Positions 1 through 9,271 of a stretch of 64,000 nt of DNA are shown here, piece by piece. A program made the translations under genes and the position numbers. Under the pieces are notes generated by a model. It worked only from the letters and a program-made list of their open reading frames with translations. It made no database searches and was not told where the DNA came from. Positions within the stretch are counted from its first letter, which is position 1; each line of letters starts with the position of its first letter. Source of the DNA: Amoebophrya sp. A120 (Eukaryota; Protista; Dinoflagellata). Location: contig CAJINV010000001.1 of NCBI GenBank assembly GCA_905178155.1, forward strand, positions 5,002,747 through 5,066,746, read 5' to 3'.

Positions 1-279
1 AAGTCTCTCACGCGGAGACCAAGACAGCTCCGCTTGCGGCCACCGGGCTTGCGCCTGCGAAGAGTCTGACCCGGCTTCCGTACGTGGCAGGACCTAGGAT
101 TGGCCTGCGCCGCCCCTTGCGGGGCACTGGCTATCTCGGTGCTAATTTTTGAACCGTCGAAGCCCATGCGCAACCCGGCGACCCAAATGACCGCCGCGCC
201 AGGGAGGCAAAGAAAAAAACAAAAAAAGGAAGGCGCAAACGCGCAAGGCCAACAGCCCAGGCCCCCCAGGCACAGAGGC

Positions 280-560
280 ATCGCGCCTATTTTTTTGCCT
301 ATTTCGCGCCTAATTCCCGGGCTATTGGTTTTCGCAGCGAAAAAAAAAAGTCGCCGAAATTAGACAAAAAATAGGCAAGCACGGCCGGGGAATCAGACAA
401 AAAAATAGACAGGAAATTAGGCAAAAAAATAGATACAAAATTAGACAAGGAATTAGACAAAGAATTAGCAAGGAAATAGGCAAAAAACCAAACACGAAAA
501 CCGTAGGATAAATAGCACAGAAATAGGCGCGAAATGGCAAGGGGAGGCGCCGCCTAACTA
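280..560. repeat. Degenerate ~10-bp tandem repeat (AATTAGACAA / AAATAGGCAA) downstream of ORF2, with a short inverted block at its left
   Basis: Repeated aattagacaa/aaataggcaa units at 358-490. Reverse-complement units (gcctattt, gcctaatt) at ~285-317. Confidence 0.7.
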
Positions 561-825
561 GGAACACGGCGACTTGTTCCCAGTTCACAGCAAGCGTTCA
601 ACTTTAGGTCGTAGGCGGCTCGCCCAGGTGAAGATGTATAGTAGCAGACGCAGTCAACTTAAGTACAAGGGAAAGAGACATCGCTTAATCGAACCTACTC
701 AGTGCCTTGAGGTCGTGCTCAGTGCTTTGAGGTCGTAAGCGGCTCTAATTATCAGAGACCGAGAGCACCGCCAGAAGGGAGCCCGGCTAGCCGCGTCTCG
801 CGGATTTACGTCCACGACCATCTTT

Positions 826-3800
826 TCATGACCCGACTGCAGAAGGCCGGGGGCTGGTTAGCGGGCTGCCGTCACCACCCTGCGTCGCGGCCCCTTCGAC
901 GTCGTACTCCTCCATCGGCACCACGACGACTTCTATTGATTCCGGTGGCGCTCCCTGCACAGGCGGGAGGCTAGGCTCGTTATGGGAGGCGCGTTGCGTG
1001 TTCATTTCGTCGATCTCGCTGTCCTGCGTCGCGACGTGACATAGGAACTCACTAATTGCCTGCGAGGGAGCATCGAAGGGGTTCGGAGCAACGTTCTGCG
1101 GATCCGATAGCAGCGCATCGATGCGACTGATGTCGATCAACTCGTGTAGGCCGTCATCGCTTGTACTGGCTCCCACCTCGTCCCGGAACCCTTCGTGGGA
1201 TCTCGTGATTAATGCCGCGAGAGCCCGCGCTTCTTCGTCGTCAACTGGCCGCTCTTCCCGCTCTTGGCGGGCCGGGGAGGGTGGAGGCCATTCGTCTTCC
1301 CCCAGGCCTTCTGGCCCATGAACGAGGGTCAACACTTTTCGCGCCACTCCTACTTTGTCCGCCAACCCGTGCTGGAAGTTCGGCGGCTGTATCTCGTCGC
1401 CCTTTAGGAGCTTCACCATGGCGGCGCAGCGGAAACTCACGAGGTGATGCACTATGGCCGTCCACCCCACGTCGGCCTCGCTTTCTTCTAGCGTCTCGAA
1501 CTCGTCCTCGTCCCCCTTGCGCTTCCGCTTGTTGCTCGTTTTTAGCGCGTCTATTTTACACCTACACTTTCCGCAATACAAGCGACCCATGTGCCACCAG
1601 CAACCCAATCCGGCTATTAGGTCGCTGCCGTCCCCTGGCAGTAGACTGAACGCCGTGCGTGCCCGGGCGGCATCGAGAGATTTTAGGAGGTCACGGGCAC
1701 ACCCCCACTCCGCAATTAGGGTGGAGCGCATGGAGGATGACGGGTGCGATTCCGCACGCTCTTTGAGGTCTTCACGGAGGGCTTCGCGCATCAGGTGGCG
1801 GAGCTCGTTCGCCACCACATGCACCGGCACCGTCGCGGAAAACCACCTGTCCAGGGAAATTGCGGGCAGGGCCCCCACGAGGTTCTTGGAAAGCGATTGC
1901 GCCAGATCCACCTCCCGACTTAGCGACACATCGGAGTGGCTTGGCACCCACTGCAAAAGAATCCGCACGCCGGGGAGCTTGCTTTTGATGAAGGCAAGTT
2001 GACGCCGGATATTGCGCACCGCTGTGCGCGGGCGGTTGTTTTTAATTACTGAGATGACGCCGCTGGCATCCGCTAGCAGTAGTATCATTCGGGTGGGGTG
2101 CTTGTGCAACCAGCTCTCCGGCCTGGCGGCTGCTTCCTCTAGCAGTGTCATTGCAGTGGATAGTGCCCCGAACTCCCCCAGGAATACTGTGAGGTTGTGC
2201 TCGAGGCGGACCGCTATTGCGGATTTCAGTGTCGCGGCCCCCGCCCGCGAGATGATCACAGAGGCCACATCGGGAATCTTTGCTGGAGGGCCCGCTGCTG
2301 GTCCGCCTGCTGTGGCCGCCGCCTTGGGAGGTAGACCTGCGCCGCGAAAGCCGGCCTGCGCTGCTGCGGCATCAGCCGGCTGGTCTTCTTGCTCCTCCTC
2401 CACCTCCGAGGCCTTCGCCTGTCCTTCGCCGCTATCGGTGGCTACGATTACTAACTTCGTGCGCAGGTTGTCCTCCAGCCTTGCTATGTCCTTTCGCAGC
2501 CGCTTCGCCGCGGTGATCGCGCTCTCTCGCGACGTGGGTAGGCCATAGCGTTTGAAGGTAGCTGAGGAGTCTCTGAAGGACACGCCCTCCGGTAGTGGCG
2601 TGCCCGGAGAGAAATCAAACTCCACCGGGAGGCTCGCCCACCTTTTGTCCGTTACGAATTTCCCCAGGATCCGCTCGGCCTTGATCGTCCGCGAGCCCGT
2701 TACATCGTAGGCCTGGTGTGCGATGAGGCTGAGCTGCTGCAAGGCCAACACGCTCGGAACAACTGCTCCGATTGATTCGAAGGCGCCGTAGCACGGGCCG
2801 TACTTCGTCATTCCCAGGAGGGATCGCAGCTCCGTCTCGGCAACCGCGTCTACGTGGGCAAGGGCAGGGCGGTGCAGGAGGGCGGCGACGGGAAGGGCAT
2901 ATTGCACTTTTGAAAGCACATCCGCGTGGAAGACTCTGCCGATGCTCAGCGGATGCTTAGCCTCCGGGTCCGTCGACTGCTCCAGAATCTGGAACGCCTG
3001 AGCCTGGGCGATTTGCAGCTCATTGGTTTTGGCCTTTAGCCAACATTGCCAGGCTTCGCTATTGATCGTGAGGGGGAGACCGAGAGCCGTCGCGTAGCTG
3101 CTGAAGTTCGTGCGCCCATGGTATGAGCTGCCTGTCTCGTCCTTGCTGCGTTGGACCTCTGGGGGCCGCAGTGCATCACCCGTTTTTAGCCGCGCGACCG
3201 CTGAGAGGAGAAGGCGACTCTTTCGCCTTTTCGCCGCCTCGTCGCCTGGCGCCGGAATGGCGTCCGGGTAGCGCAAGAGGCAAAATCGGTAGTCTGCGCA
3301 GGGGTAATTGAAGTGGTCGATCATCGTGTTGCCCGCCAACTCCAGCCGGGTCGTTAAGTCTTCCAAAGTCGCACCCGTACCGAACAGCTTGATGTCGTCT
3401 GAATACTCGTTCACGGATAGGTGCGGAATGTCCTGCACGCCGCTTGCCCGTGTGGCCGCTTCCACGCAGCGGCGGAAGAACAGCGGTGATATTAACGTCC
3501 CCTGCCCTAAACTTTCTGGAAGCCCGAACGCCTTGCCGATGAGGCCAGCAATGCAAATCACCGCCTGGCGAGCGGTGAGCCACACCCATAGAGCGCAGAG
3601 TAGGTAGCGAGGGAGGCCCGCCGCGTGGAGCATACGGAGCACATGCAGCTTTTTGACGTTTTCGAAGCCTCCCTTGATGTCCAGTATAAGTACTCCCGCG
3701 TACAAGTGCTCCGCTCCGCTGTAACAGAACAAGATCCCCCGGATGCATCCCGTCAGGCAGGAGAAGCCCGGGCGGTAGGCGAAGTCGCAGGCAATGTCCG

Positions 3801-6800
3801 AGAGGTAGGGCTTCATCATTGCATCCAGGATGGCCTCCATCCATTTTTCAACCGAGTCCCCTATCGCGATCGGCCTGGAATATTTCCTTAAGAAAGGACT
3901 CGCGCCGCTCTTTGCGGACTTGAAGAGGAAGATAATGAGAGATAAGCGCCGAAGGCCTAAGTTCGCAGCCCCGTCGCAGACGCGCTTCATGAAGTTCCTG
4001 CCTATCTCGTTTCGTAGTTCTGGTTCTTGTTGTAGGAAACTGCCCGGCACGCCATCTTCGCCCGGGGAGGCGCGCCCGTTGATGTGCTTCGCTGCTTGTT
4101 CCAGCGTATTTTCGCCACAGATGATGGGCGTGCTTGGGGCGTCACGGAAGATCTTCTGCGCCTCTTCCTCTTGGCGTTTCTGCTCCGCTTCAGAGGTGTC
4201 GCAGCCCCCTAGTGCCACCGAGGTTACCCGCTCCTCGAAGGCCGCGATGGTCTCCTCTGGCGTGAGCGTCAGCTGTGCCTGGGCGTCCAGAACCGAAACC
4301 ATGCCCGCATTTCTGGGACATTTCTTCGGAACCCCGTGCCGCTCGAATGCTTCGGCCACCATAGGGACCGCAAACTCGTCTGGAGTTTTTCGGAGTGATC
4401 CGCGAAGGTCCTCGCGCACTTTCGCCTTCACCTCCTCGGTGGCTGCGTGCCACTGGAACACCCGGCGCTTTTTGAGGTGTGACGAGACCGCCGGGGGAGG
4501 TGGGGAGCTTGGGGTCCTTTTCGACGGGTGCTCTGTAATCTCTGCTGTGATGGCGTGATGCCCGGTACCTCCCTGGGCGAACTGGACCGGGGGGCTGATT
4601 GAGTGAACCACCCGCAGTTGCTTGCTCCATGGCTTTATTAGCATCATGTCGGGCTGGGAGTTATGCAGCGGATATGTTGCAACGTGTGGCGGGAAAGCGG
4701 GCCCTACCCGCTCTTTTGCAAGTTCGGCCATTATGCTTTGCTTGACAGAGTGGTGGCGGCAGAAGTTCCCCTGGATTACATTCGCGACGTTTCCCCGACT
4801 GAAGTTGAGGTCGCCCGCAACCAGTGCGAGCGACTTCTTTTGCGAGAACAAGACATCTCGCAAGTCGTGCAAGGCCTGCGCCTGAACTGACGGCGATAAG
4901 TATCCCAGGACCGCTCTTCCTCGTATGTGATTGTGAGCGATGGTCCCCTGGACGAGGCCTGCCAGCGGCCCGGAATTCTTGACAGCGGAGAAGCGCGTGC
5001 CTGGTGGCGAGACACCTCGCGCCACCAGGGTGAGCGAGTTGAAGGCCATGTACAGATGGTACCGCCCCAGAGTACCTAAAGCGAGCTCCTTCTCGATTTT
5101 CCTCCATTTCGTATCTGCCGGGTCGAATCCCCCACTGGCGTTCGCCTTGAAGATTTCGGACAACACCACTACTAGCGGCGCCCGTCTCATTATTTCCGCT
5201 GCTACCGCCTGCCAGATGGATAACAGCCGTCCGTCGAGGTTCAGGAGCAGCACAGAGAATGGCGCAGCCAGCCCGTAGCCCGCGTCTTCTGGAATGGTGA
5301 TGTTAAGTGGGGAGAGCAGGTTGGCCGGGAGCGAGGACGCGATAATTGTTCTCGAGACTGGATCGAGCCGCCCGCCGGCGTAGCACAGCGCCATATGTGC
5401 TAGCATGTCCTGGAAGCAGGCCGCGTGGTCGCATCTTGTGCACGTCCACAACACCGCGGTAGGGTCCTCCGGTATGCTTGCTGGCAGCGTCGCCACCAGT
5501 GGGCGGCGTGTGGTAGCGGTGGCCAGGTCTTTGGGGGCGGTCGTGACCTTGAGGAAGCCCGCCGCAAAGGGGTGGACAAGGGGCGGAGCCCGGCGGCTGC
5601 CATCGTTGCTCCGGGCAATTGCTTCCAGCTGGAATCTCGACTGCTGCAGGCAGGTTGGGCAGCGCCAGCTGCTGGGAGTGTCGTCTATGCCGCCCCGCCC
5701 CGCCTTCCTGGTCGGCGCGCAGATCATGTCCTCTTCCGGCAATGTTAGATTTGTCAGTGACTTCAGATTTCCCCGCACCTTCAGCTTTTGCACTCCTGCT
5801 GCGTCGGCTACAAAAATGACCGGGAAACTGCTGAGGGTTTCGCAGCCCATATCCTCGTACCTCGCTGCCTTCGTCCATGGTGGCGGCGGATTAGTCATCC
5901 GGGTGAAGCCGAAGTTGCCTTTTATTACATCCTGGTTTTTCTTAATGCGCGAGGTTGTGTCGGGGTCCTCGAGGTGTCGCACGGGGCGCAACGACATGAC
6001 GTCGCATCTTGCGCGGCTGGTGAGGGCCTTCGCGGAGTAGTTGAACGATGGGGTCCCCAGAGCTCTATCGGCGGCTTCCTGTATCTGCGTTTCGTGCGAC
6101 TTCGCGTGCGTCCCCGGCTCCACTTTGTCTAGCCCCAAGCGAATACCCTTGAACGAGGAGTTGGGACGCGCCAGCTGGCGCAAGCAGTGGACGCCCATTT
6201 CCAGAAGCAGGCTCTTGTCATGGGCTGCTGCGAACAGGCGACGATGATTCGACGACAGGTTGCTGCAGACGGGGACGCGCACGGCCTTTTGGCCGGAGGG
6301 CCATATCGCGGGCATAACTTCGGTAAGCAGTGCAGTGCTTTTCGTCGCCCACTCCTGCGGCGCCGGTTTTTCCATGCTCTCCACCGCAGCGTCATGGATT
6401 GGCTCACAGAAGGAGGGAAGTTGAGATGCCAGCGCGTGCACTAGTCTGTCGCGAACGCGAGCCCCCTCCAGCTCGAAGAGGTCGTTGCTCCACGGGGCGT
6501 CCTTGGGAGGCAAGGGCTTTGGGGGGTTGAGGAATGTGTCCGCACTGCTGGCGGCGACCGACGCCGGGTCTTGAGATGGCCCCAGTGGAGCGAGGCCTTC
6601 TTGCGTGCCTAACGACGCCCCGGATCCGTCGGGGTACACTGGGTCGTTGCTGGCGCCCCGATATACTTCTGCCTGCTGCTCTCCACCCTGCGAGAGCGTA
6701 GCCTGGGAGGGCTTCGCCGGACCGTTTCTCCGCCGCCGTTTGGTGGTGTTCCCCGCTTGCGACAGCACTTGTCCGTTTGCCGGTCGCTCGGGAGCAGCGG

Positions 6801-7641
6801 GCTGTGTCTCCTTCTCGCCAGAAAGTGTAATGCTCGCGAGGCCACCCGGACGGGGCTGGCTGCCCCCCGAGTCTCCCCTGCCTCCTGCAGGAGCTCCTAC
6901 ATGCTGCCCCGGAGACGGCAGCTTCGCTGTGCACCCATAATGGACGCCCGCCCAGTAGGCAAGGGTGACCTTGCGCTGTGCTCCCAGTCCTCGCACCGGG
7001 GAGGGCACTGCTATCGGCGCCGGGTCGTCGTAATTCGTGATGAGGGTGAAGACGCAGTCGTAGTGCGTAGCTGCCGCGGCCAGGCAGACTTGGTCACCCC
7101 AGGTTTTGTCTTGTTCCATTTTCGCGGTGTAGGAGTTCCAATCGACGTCCGGGCCGGACAGGAAGCGCCGGTAGGTCTCCGGGCTTTGTCGTAGCTGCGC
7201 TACGGCCGCTGCTCGTGATTCGCCGTGCCTCTCTTCGCTCCCTAGCACAGCGTGCGCGATTGCGCGGAACATGCAGTTCCCATCGTCGCCTACGGGGACC
7301 AAAGACAGCTGGTGATCGGCGAGGCGGGAAAGTAGCAGCTCACTTGCTGCTTGTTGCTGTTCATAGTCCCGGAGCGTTGCATCCTTCGCCCGTTTCACTA
7401 CATCCTCCTCGTTGAAGAGCCCAGCGGCACCATTGAACTTGAGGCACAGCTCGTGCCATTGCTCCGCCGTTAGAGGACGGGCGACCCCGTTCGACGATGC
7501 GCCGCCAGTTCCCGTCCCGCTGGACGTCGTCATGTGTGCACGCGCTCCCGTTGCGACGCTTGCCAGCGCAGCTGTCGGCAGGGCTGCAAAAGCTAGTATC
7601 CAGCGGCGGAGTTGATGGCTGCCAGTCACTGTGGTCCACAT
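826..7641 (-). CDS. Retrotransposon ORF2 polyprotein (2271 aa): OTU cysteine protease, Cys/His cluster, AP-like endonuclease, reverse transcriptase, RNase H, C-terminal zinc-knuckle-like motif
   Basis: OTU: VGDDGNCMFRAIA...WGDQVCL...LAYWAGVHY (~6930-7310). EN: LLLNLDG, VVVLSEI, VAGDLN, SQPDMML, GHHAI (~4535-5262). RT: SPGEDG, RPIAI...EKWME, LDIKGGFENV, GQGTLISPLFF, YSDD (3394-3405). RNase H: ATDS, GEFGAL, LADASG, QWVPSH, EVD (~1900-2450). C-terminal CGKC...HHLVSFRC. Confidence 0.95.
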   Translation of the reverse strand: MWTTVTGSHQLRRWILAFAALPTAALASVATGARAHMTTSSGTGTGGASSNGVARPLTAEQWHELCLKFNGAAGLFNEEDVVKRAKDATLRDYEQQQAASELLLSRLADHQLSLVPVGDDGNCMFRAIAHAVLGSEERHGESRAAAVAQLRQSPETYRRFLSGPDVDWNSYTAKMEQDKTWGDQVCLAAAATHYDCVFTLITNYDDPAPIAVPSPVRGLGAQRKVTLAYWAGVHYGCTAKLPSPGQHVGAPAGGRGDSGGSQPRPGGLASITLSGEKETQPAAPERPANGQVLSQAGNTTKRRRRNGPAKPSQATLSQGGEQQAEVYRGASNDPVYPDGSGASLGTQEGLAPLGPSQDPASVAASSADTFLNPPKPLPPKDAPWSNDLFELEGARVRDRLVHALASQLPSFCEPIHDAAVESMEKPAPQEWATKSTALLTEVMPAIWPSGQKAVRVPVCSNLSSNHRRLFAAAHDKSLLLEMGVHCLRQLARPNSSFKGIRLGLDKVEPGTHAKSHETQIQEAADRALGTPSFNYSAKALTSRARCDVMSLRPVRHLEDPDTTSRIKKNQDVIKGNFGFTRMTNPPPPWTKAARYEDMGCETLSSFPVIFVADAAGVQKLKVRGNLKSLTNLTLPEEDMICAPTRKAGRGGIDDTPSSWRCPTCLQQSRFQLEAIARSNDGSRRAPPLVHPFAAGFLKVTTAPKDLATATTRRPLVATLPASIPEDPTAVLWTCTRCDHAACFQDMLAHMALCYAGGRLDPVSRTIIASSLPANLLSPLNITIPEDAGYGLAAPFSVLLLNLDGRLLSIWQAVAAEIMRRAPLVVVLSEIFKANASGGFDPADTKWRKIEKELALGTLGRYHLYMAFNSLTLVARGVSPPGTRFSAVKNSGPLAGLVQGTIAHNHIRGRAVLGYLSPSVQAQALHDLRDVLFSQKKSLALVAGDLNFSRGNVANVIQGNFCRHHSVKQSIMAELAKERVGPAFPPHVATYPLHNSQPDMMLIKPWSKQLRVVHSISPPVQFAQGGTGHHAITAEITEHPSKRTPSSPPPPAVSSHLKKRRVFQWHAATEEVKAKVREDLRGSLRKTPDEFAVPMVAEAFERHGVPKKCPRNAGMVSVLDAQAQLTLTPEETIAAFEERVTSVALGGCDTSEAEQKRQEEEAQKIFRDAPSTPIICGENTLEQAAKHINGRASPGEDGVPGSFLQQEPELRNEIGRNFMKRVCDGAANLGLRRLSLIIFLFKSAKSGASPFLRKYSRPIAIGDSVEKWMEAILDAMMKPYLSDIACDFAYRPGFSCLTGCIRGILFCYSGAEHLYAGVLILDIKGGFENVKKLHVLRMLHAAGLPRYLLCALWVWLTARQAVICIAGLIGKAFGLPESLGQGTLISPLFFRRCVEAATRASGVQDIPHLSVNEYSDDIKLFGTGATLEDLTTRLELAGNTMIDHFNYPCADYRFCLLRYPDAIPAPGDEAAKRRKSRLLLSAVARLKTGDALRPPEVQRSKDETGSSYHGRTNFSSYATALGLPLTINSEAWQCWLKAKTNELQIAQAQAFQILEQSTDPEAKHPLSIGRVFHADVLSKVQYALPVAALLHRPALAHVDAVAETELRSLLGMTKYGPCYGAFESIGAVVPSVLALQQLSLIAHQAYDVTGSRTIKAERILGKFVTDKRWASLPVEFDFSPGTPLPEGVSFRDSSATFKRYGLPTSRESAITAAKRLRKDIARLEDNLRTKLVIVATDSGEGQAKASEVEEEQEDQPADAAAAQAGFRGAGLPPKAAATAGGPAAGPPAKIPDVASVIISRAGAATLKSAIAVRLEHNLTVFLGEFGALSTAMTLLEEAAARPESWLHKHPTRMILLLADASGVISVIKNNRPRTAVRNIRRQLAFIKSKLPGVRILLQWVPSHSDVSLSREVDLAQSLSKNLVGALPAISLDRWFSATVPVHVVANELRHLMREALREDLKERAESHPSSSMRSTLIAEWGCARDLLKSLDAARARTAFSLLPGDGSDLIAGLGCWWHMGRLYCGKCRCKIDALKTSNKRKRKGDEDEFETLEESEADVGWTAIVHHLVSFRCAAMVKLLKGDEIQPPNFQHGLADKVGVARKVLTLVHGPEGLGEDEWPPPSPARQEREERPVDDEEARALAALITRSHEGFRDEVGASTSDDGLHELIDISRIDALLSDPQNVAPNPFDAPSQAISEFLCHVATQDSEIDEMNTQRASHNEPSLPPVQGAPPESIEVVVVPMEEYDVEGAATQGGDGSPLTSPRPSAVGS

Positions 7642-8139
7642 CGCGTTTCACGCCCGTTTTAGGGATGTGGGATAGCAAGGCCTCGGCTTGCAGCGGTCGC
7701 GATTTCAGTTAGATCAGTAGCAGGACTTGCTACTCGGTGGGTTGCTTAGGGTCGAGTTTTGGTGGTTGTGGTGTGGGTTCATTCTTACTTAAGTTAACGC
7801 TTCACCCGCGTGCACGTGCTTATAGTCAGGCTGTAACTTAGGTTCTTTCGTGTAAGCGTTTATTTTTCTTGCGTGCTTCGTGCAGAGACATTGTCAGGAA
7901 TCAACTCGCGCCTACCTGTGCTGAGAGCAGCTGACTTCTTTAGTTACGCGTCGCACGATGCGCATACGAAGAGAGTGTGGACGCACTGCGAGTACAGAGA
8001 GATCTGGCTCGTAGGGTGGGGGAGGGAGAAGTCGCGCTACGTGTCGGCACTCGCGCATGAGGAGAGCCACGGCAGAGACACGACCTGATGCGGGAGGGGG
8101 CGCAGCAGGGAGCCGGGGGCAAAGAGCGGCGACCATGGA

Positions 8140-8745
8140 GGAGGCCCACTCCATGGACGGGGACGGGCAAAAACCCAGCGGCGCAGCGCGAGGCAAAGAG
8201 GGGAAGAGACCCCTAGGGACAGGAAAAGGAGACCAGGGCGCAGCGCGAAGGGGGCGCAGGCTGCGGCCCGAAACCCAGCACGACTCCCACTTCCTGTTCC
8301 GAAATTCGGATGGTTTAGAGCCTTACTCAGGTCCAATTTGCAGCGCGTCTGACTACCGCGATCTTCGTTCATCCAGTCTAAATTTATGCTGTTCTGATGG
8401 CACGGCTCGCGCATTAGTTGGTCTGTTCGTTCCGACCACCTTCTGACTGGTTCTACTGGATCGCGTGAGGTCGCAAGTCCACACACACTGACCCGGCCGA
8501 AGTTGTATTGTTTGATGTTCATTTGTACTTCTATCATAGGCTTTTGTCGTCAGTGCAGCTGAGTCGCGAAGCGCGACGGCATTCGCGCATGGGGAGAACC
8601 CTAGCAGCGGGGGAGTCCCAATGCGCGAGGGGGCGCGGCGAGGACAATGGGCGAGAGGCTGCAGCCGAGGAGGAGGAGCACTCCACGGGCAGGAGGGGGG
8701 GAGAAACCCAGCGGCGCAGCGCGAGGCAGAGGCGGGGAAAAACCC
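8140..8745. repeat. Imperfect direct repeat in the ORF1-ORF2 spacer
   Basis: cactcca...aaacccagcggcgcagcgcgaggca at ~8147-8195 and ~8679-8728, with similar flanks. Confidence 0.7.
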
Positions 8746-9271
8746 CGACGGCAGGGGAAAGCGGAGATAACGGCGCAGCAGCAAGGGGCGCAAAGCAGCA
8801 GCCCGAGGCACAGCGCGAACTCAGATGCACGAGATTAGGACTGTTCAAGCTTTCTGGATGACCCGAGACTGGCCGCACGCATGGACCTCTCGCTATTACG
8901 ATTACGAAGAGACGCACTCTTTTAGTGCGAGCGTATTTTTCACCCCTTTGACAGCAGCATCTCGTGTGCAGGGCTCAAGGTCAAGAAACAATGTAACGCG
9001 CAGCCTTGTTGCGAGTATAGTGCCAAGTTCTCACTGAGCTGCTTTCTTGTGGCCAGCAGCTTTTCTTTGACCTTCGAAAACTGTTCATCTTCTAACTCGC
9101 TACACCTGCTAGTTCTTGCAGGCACCACAACCACCTTTAAGTTTAGCTTGCCTCGACGGCGATCACAGTGTGTCGCGCCCGATTGCCACGCTCCCGATGT
9201 AACTTGTCGTCAGCGCTGACGACGTCGCATACTAGCGTTGGTAGTGCCAACTGCCCCGATTTTGATGTGGA

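Noticed and set aside
322-588. 88-aa hydrophobic ORF
   Set aside because: It is the translation of the 10-bp tandem repeat.
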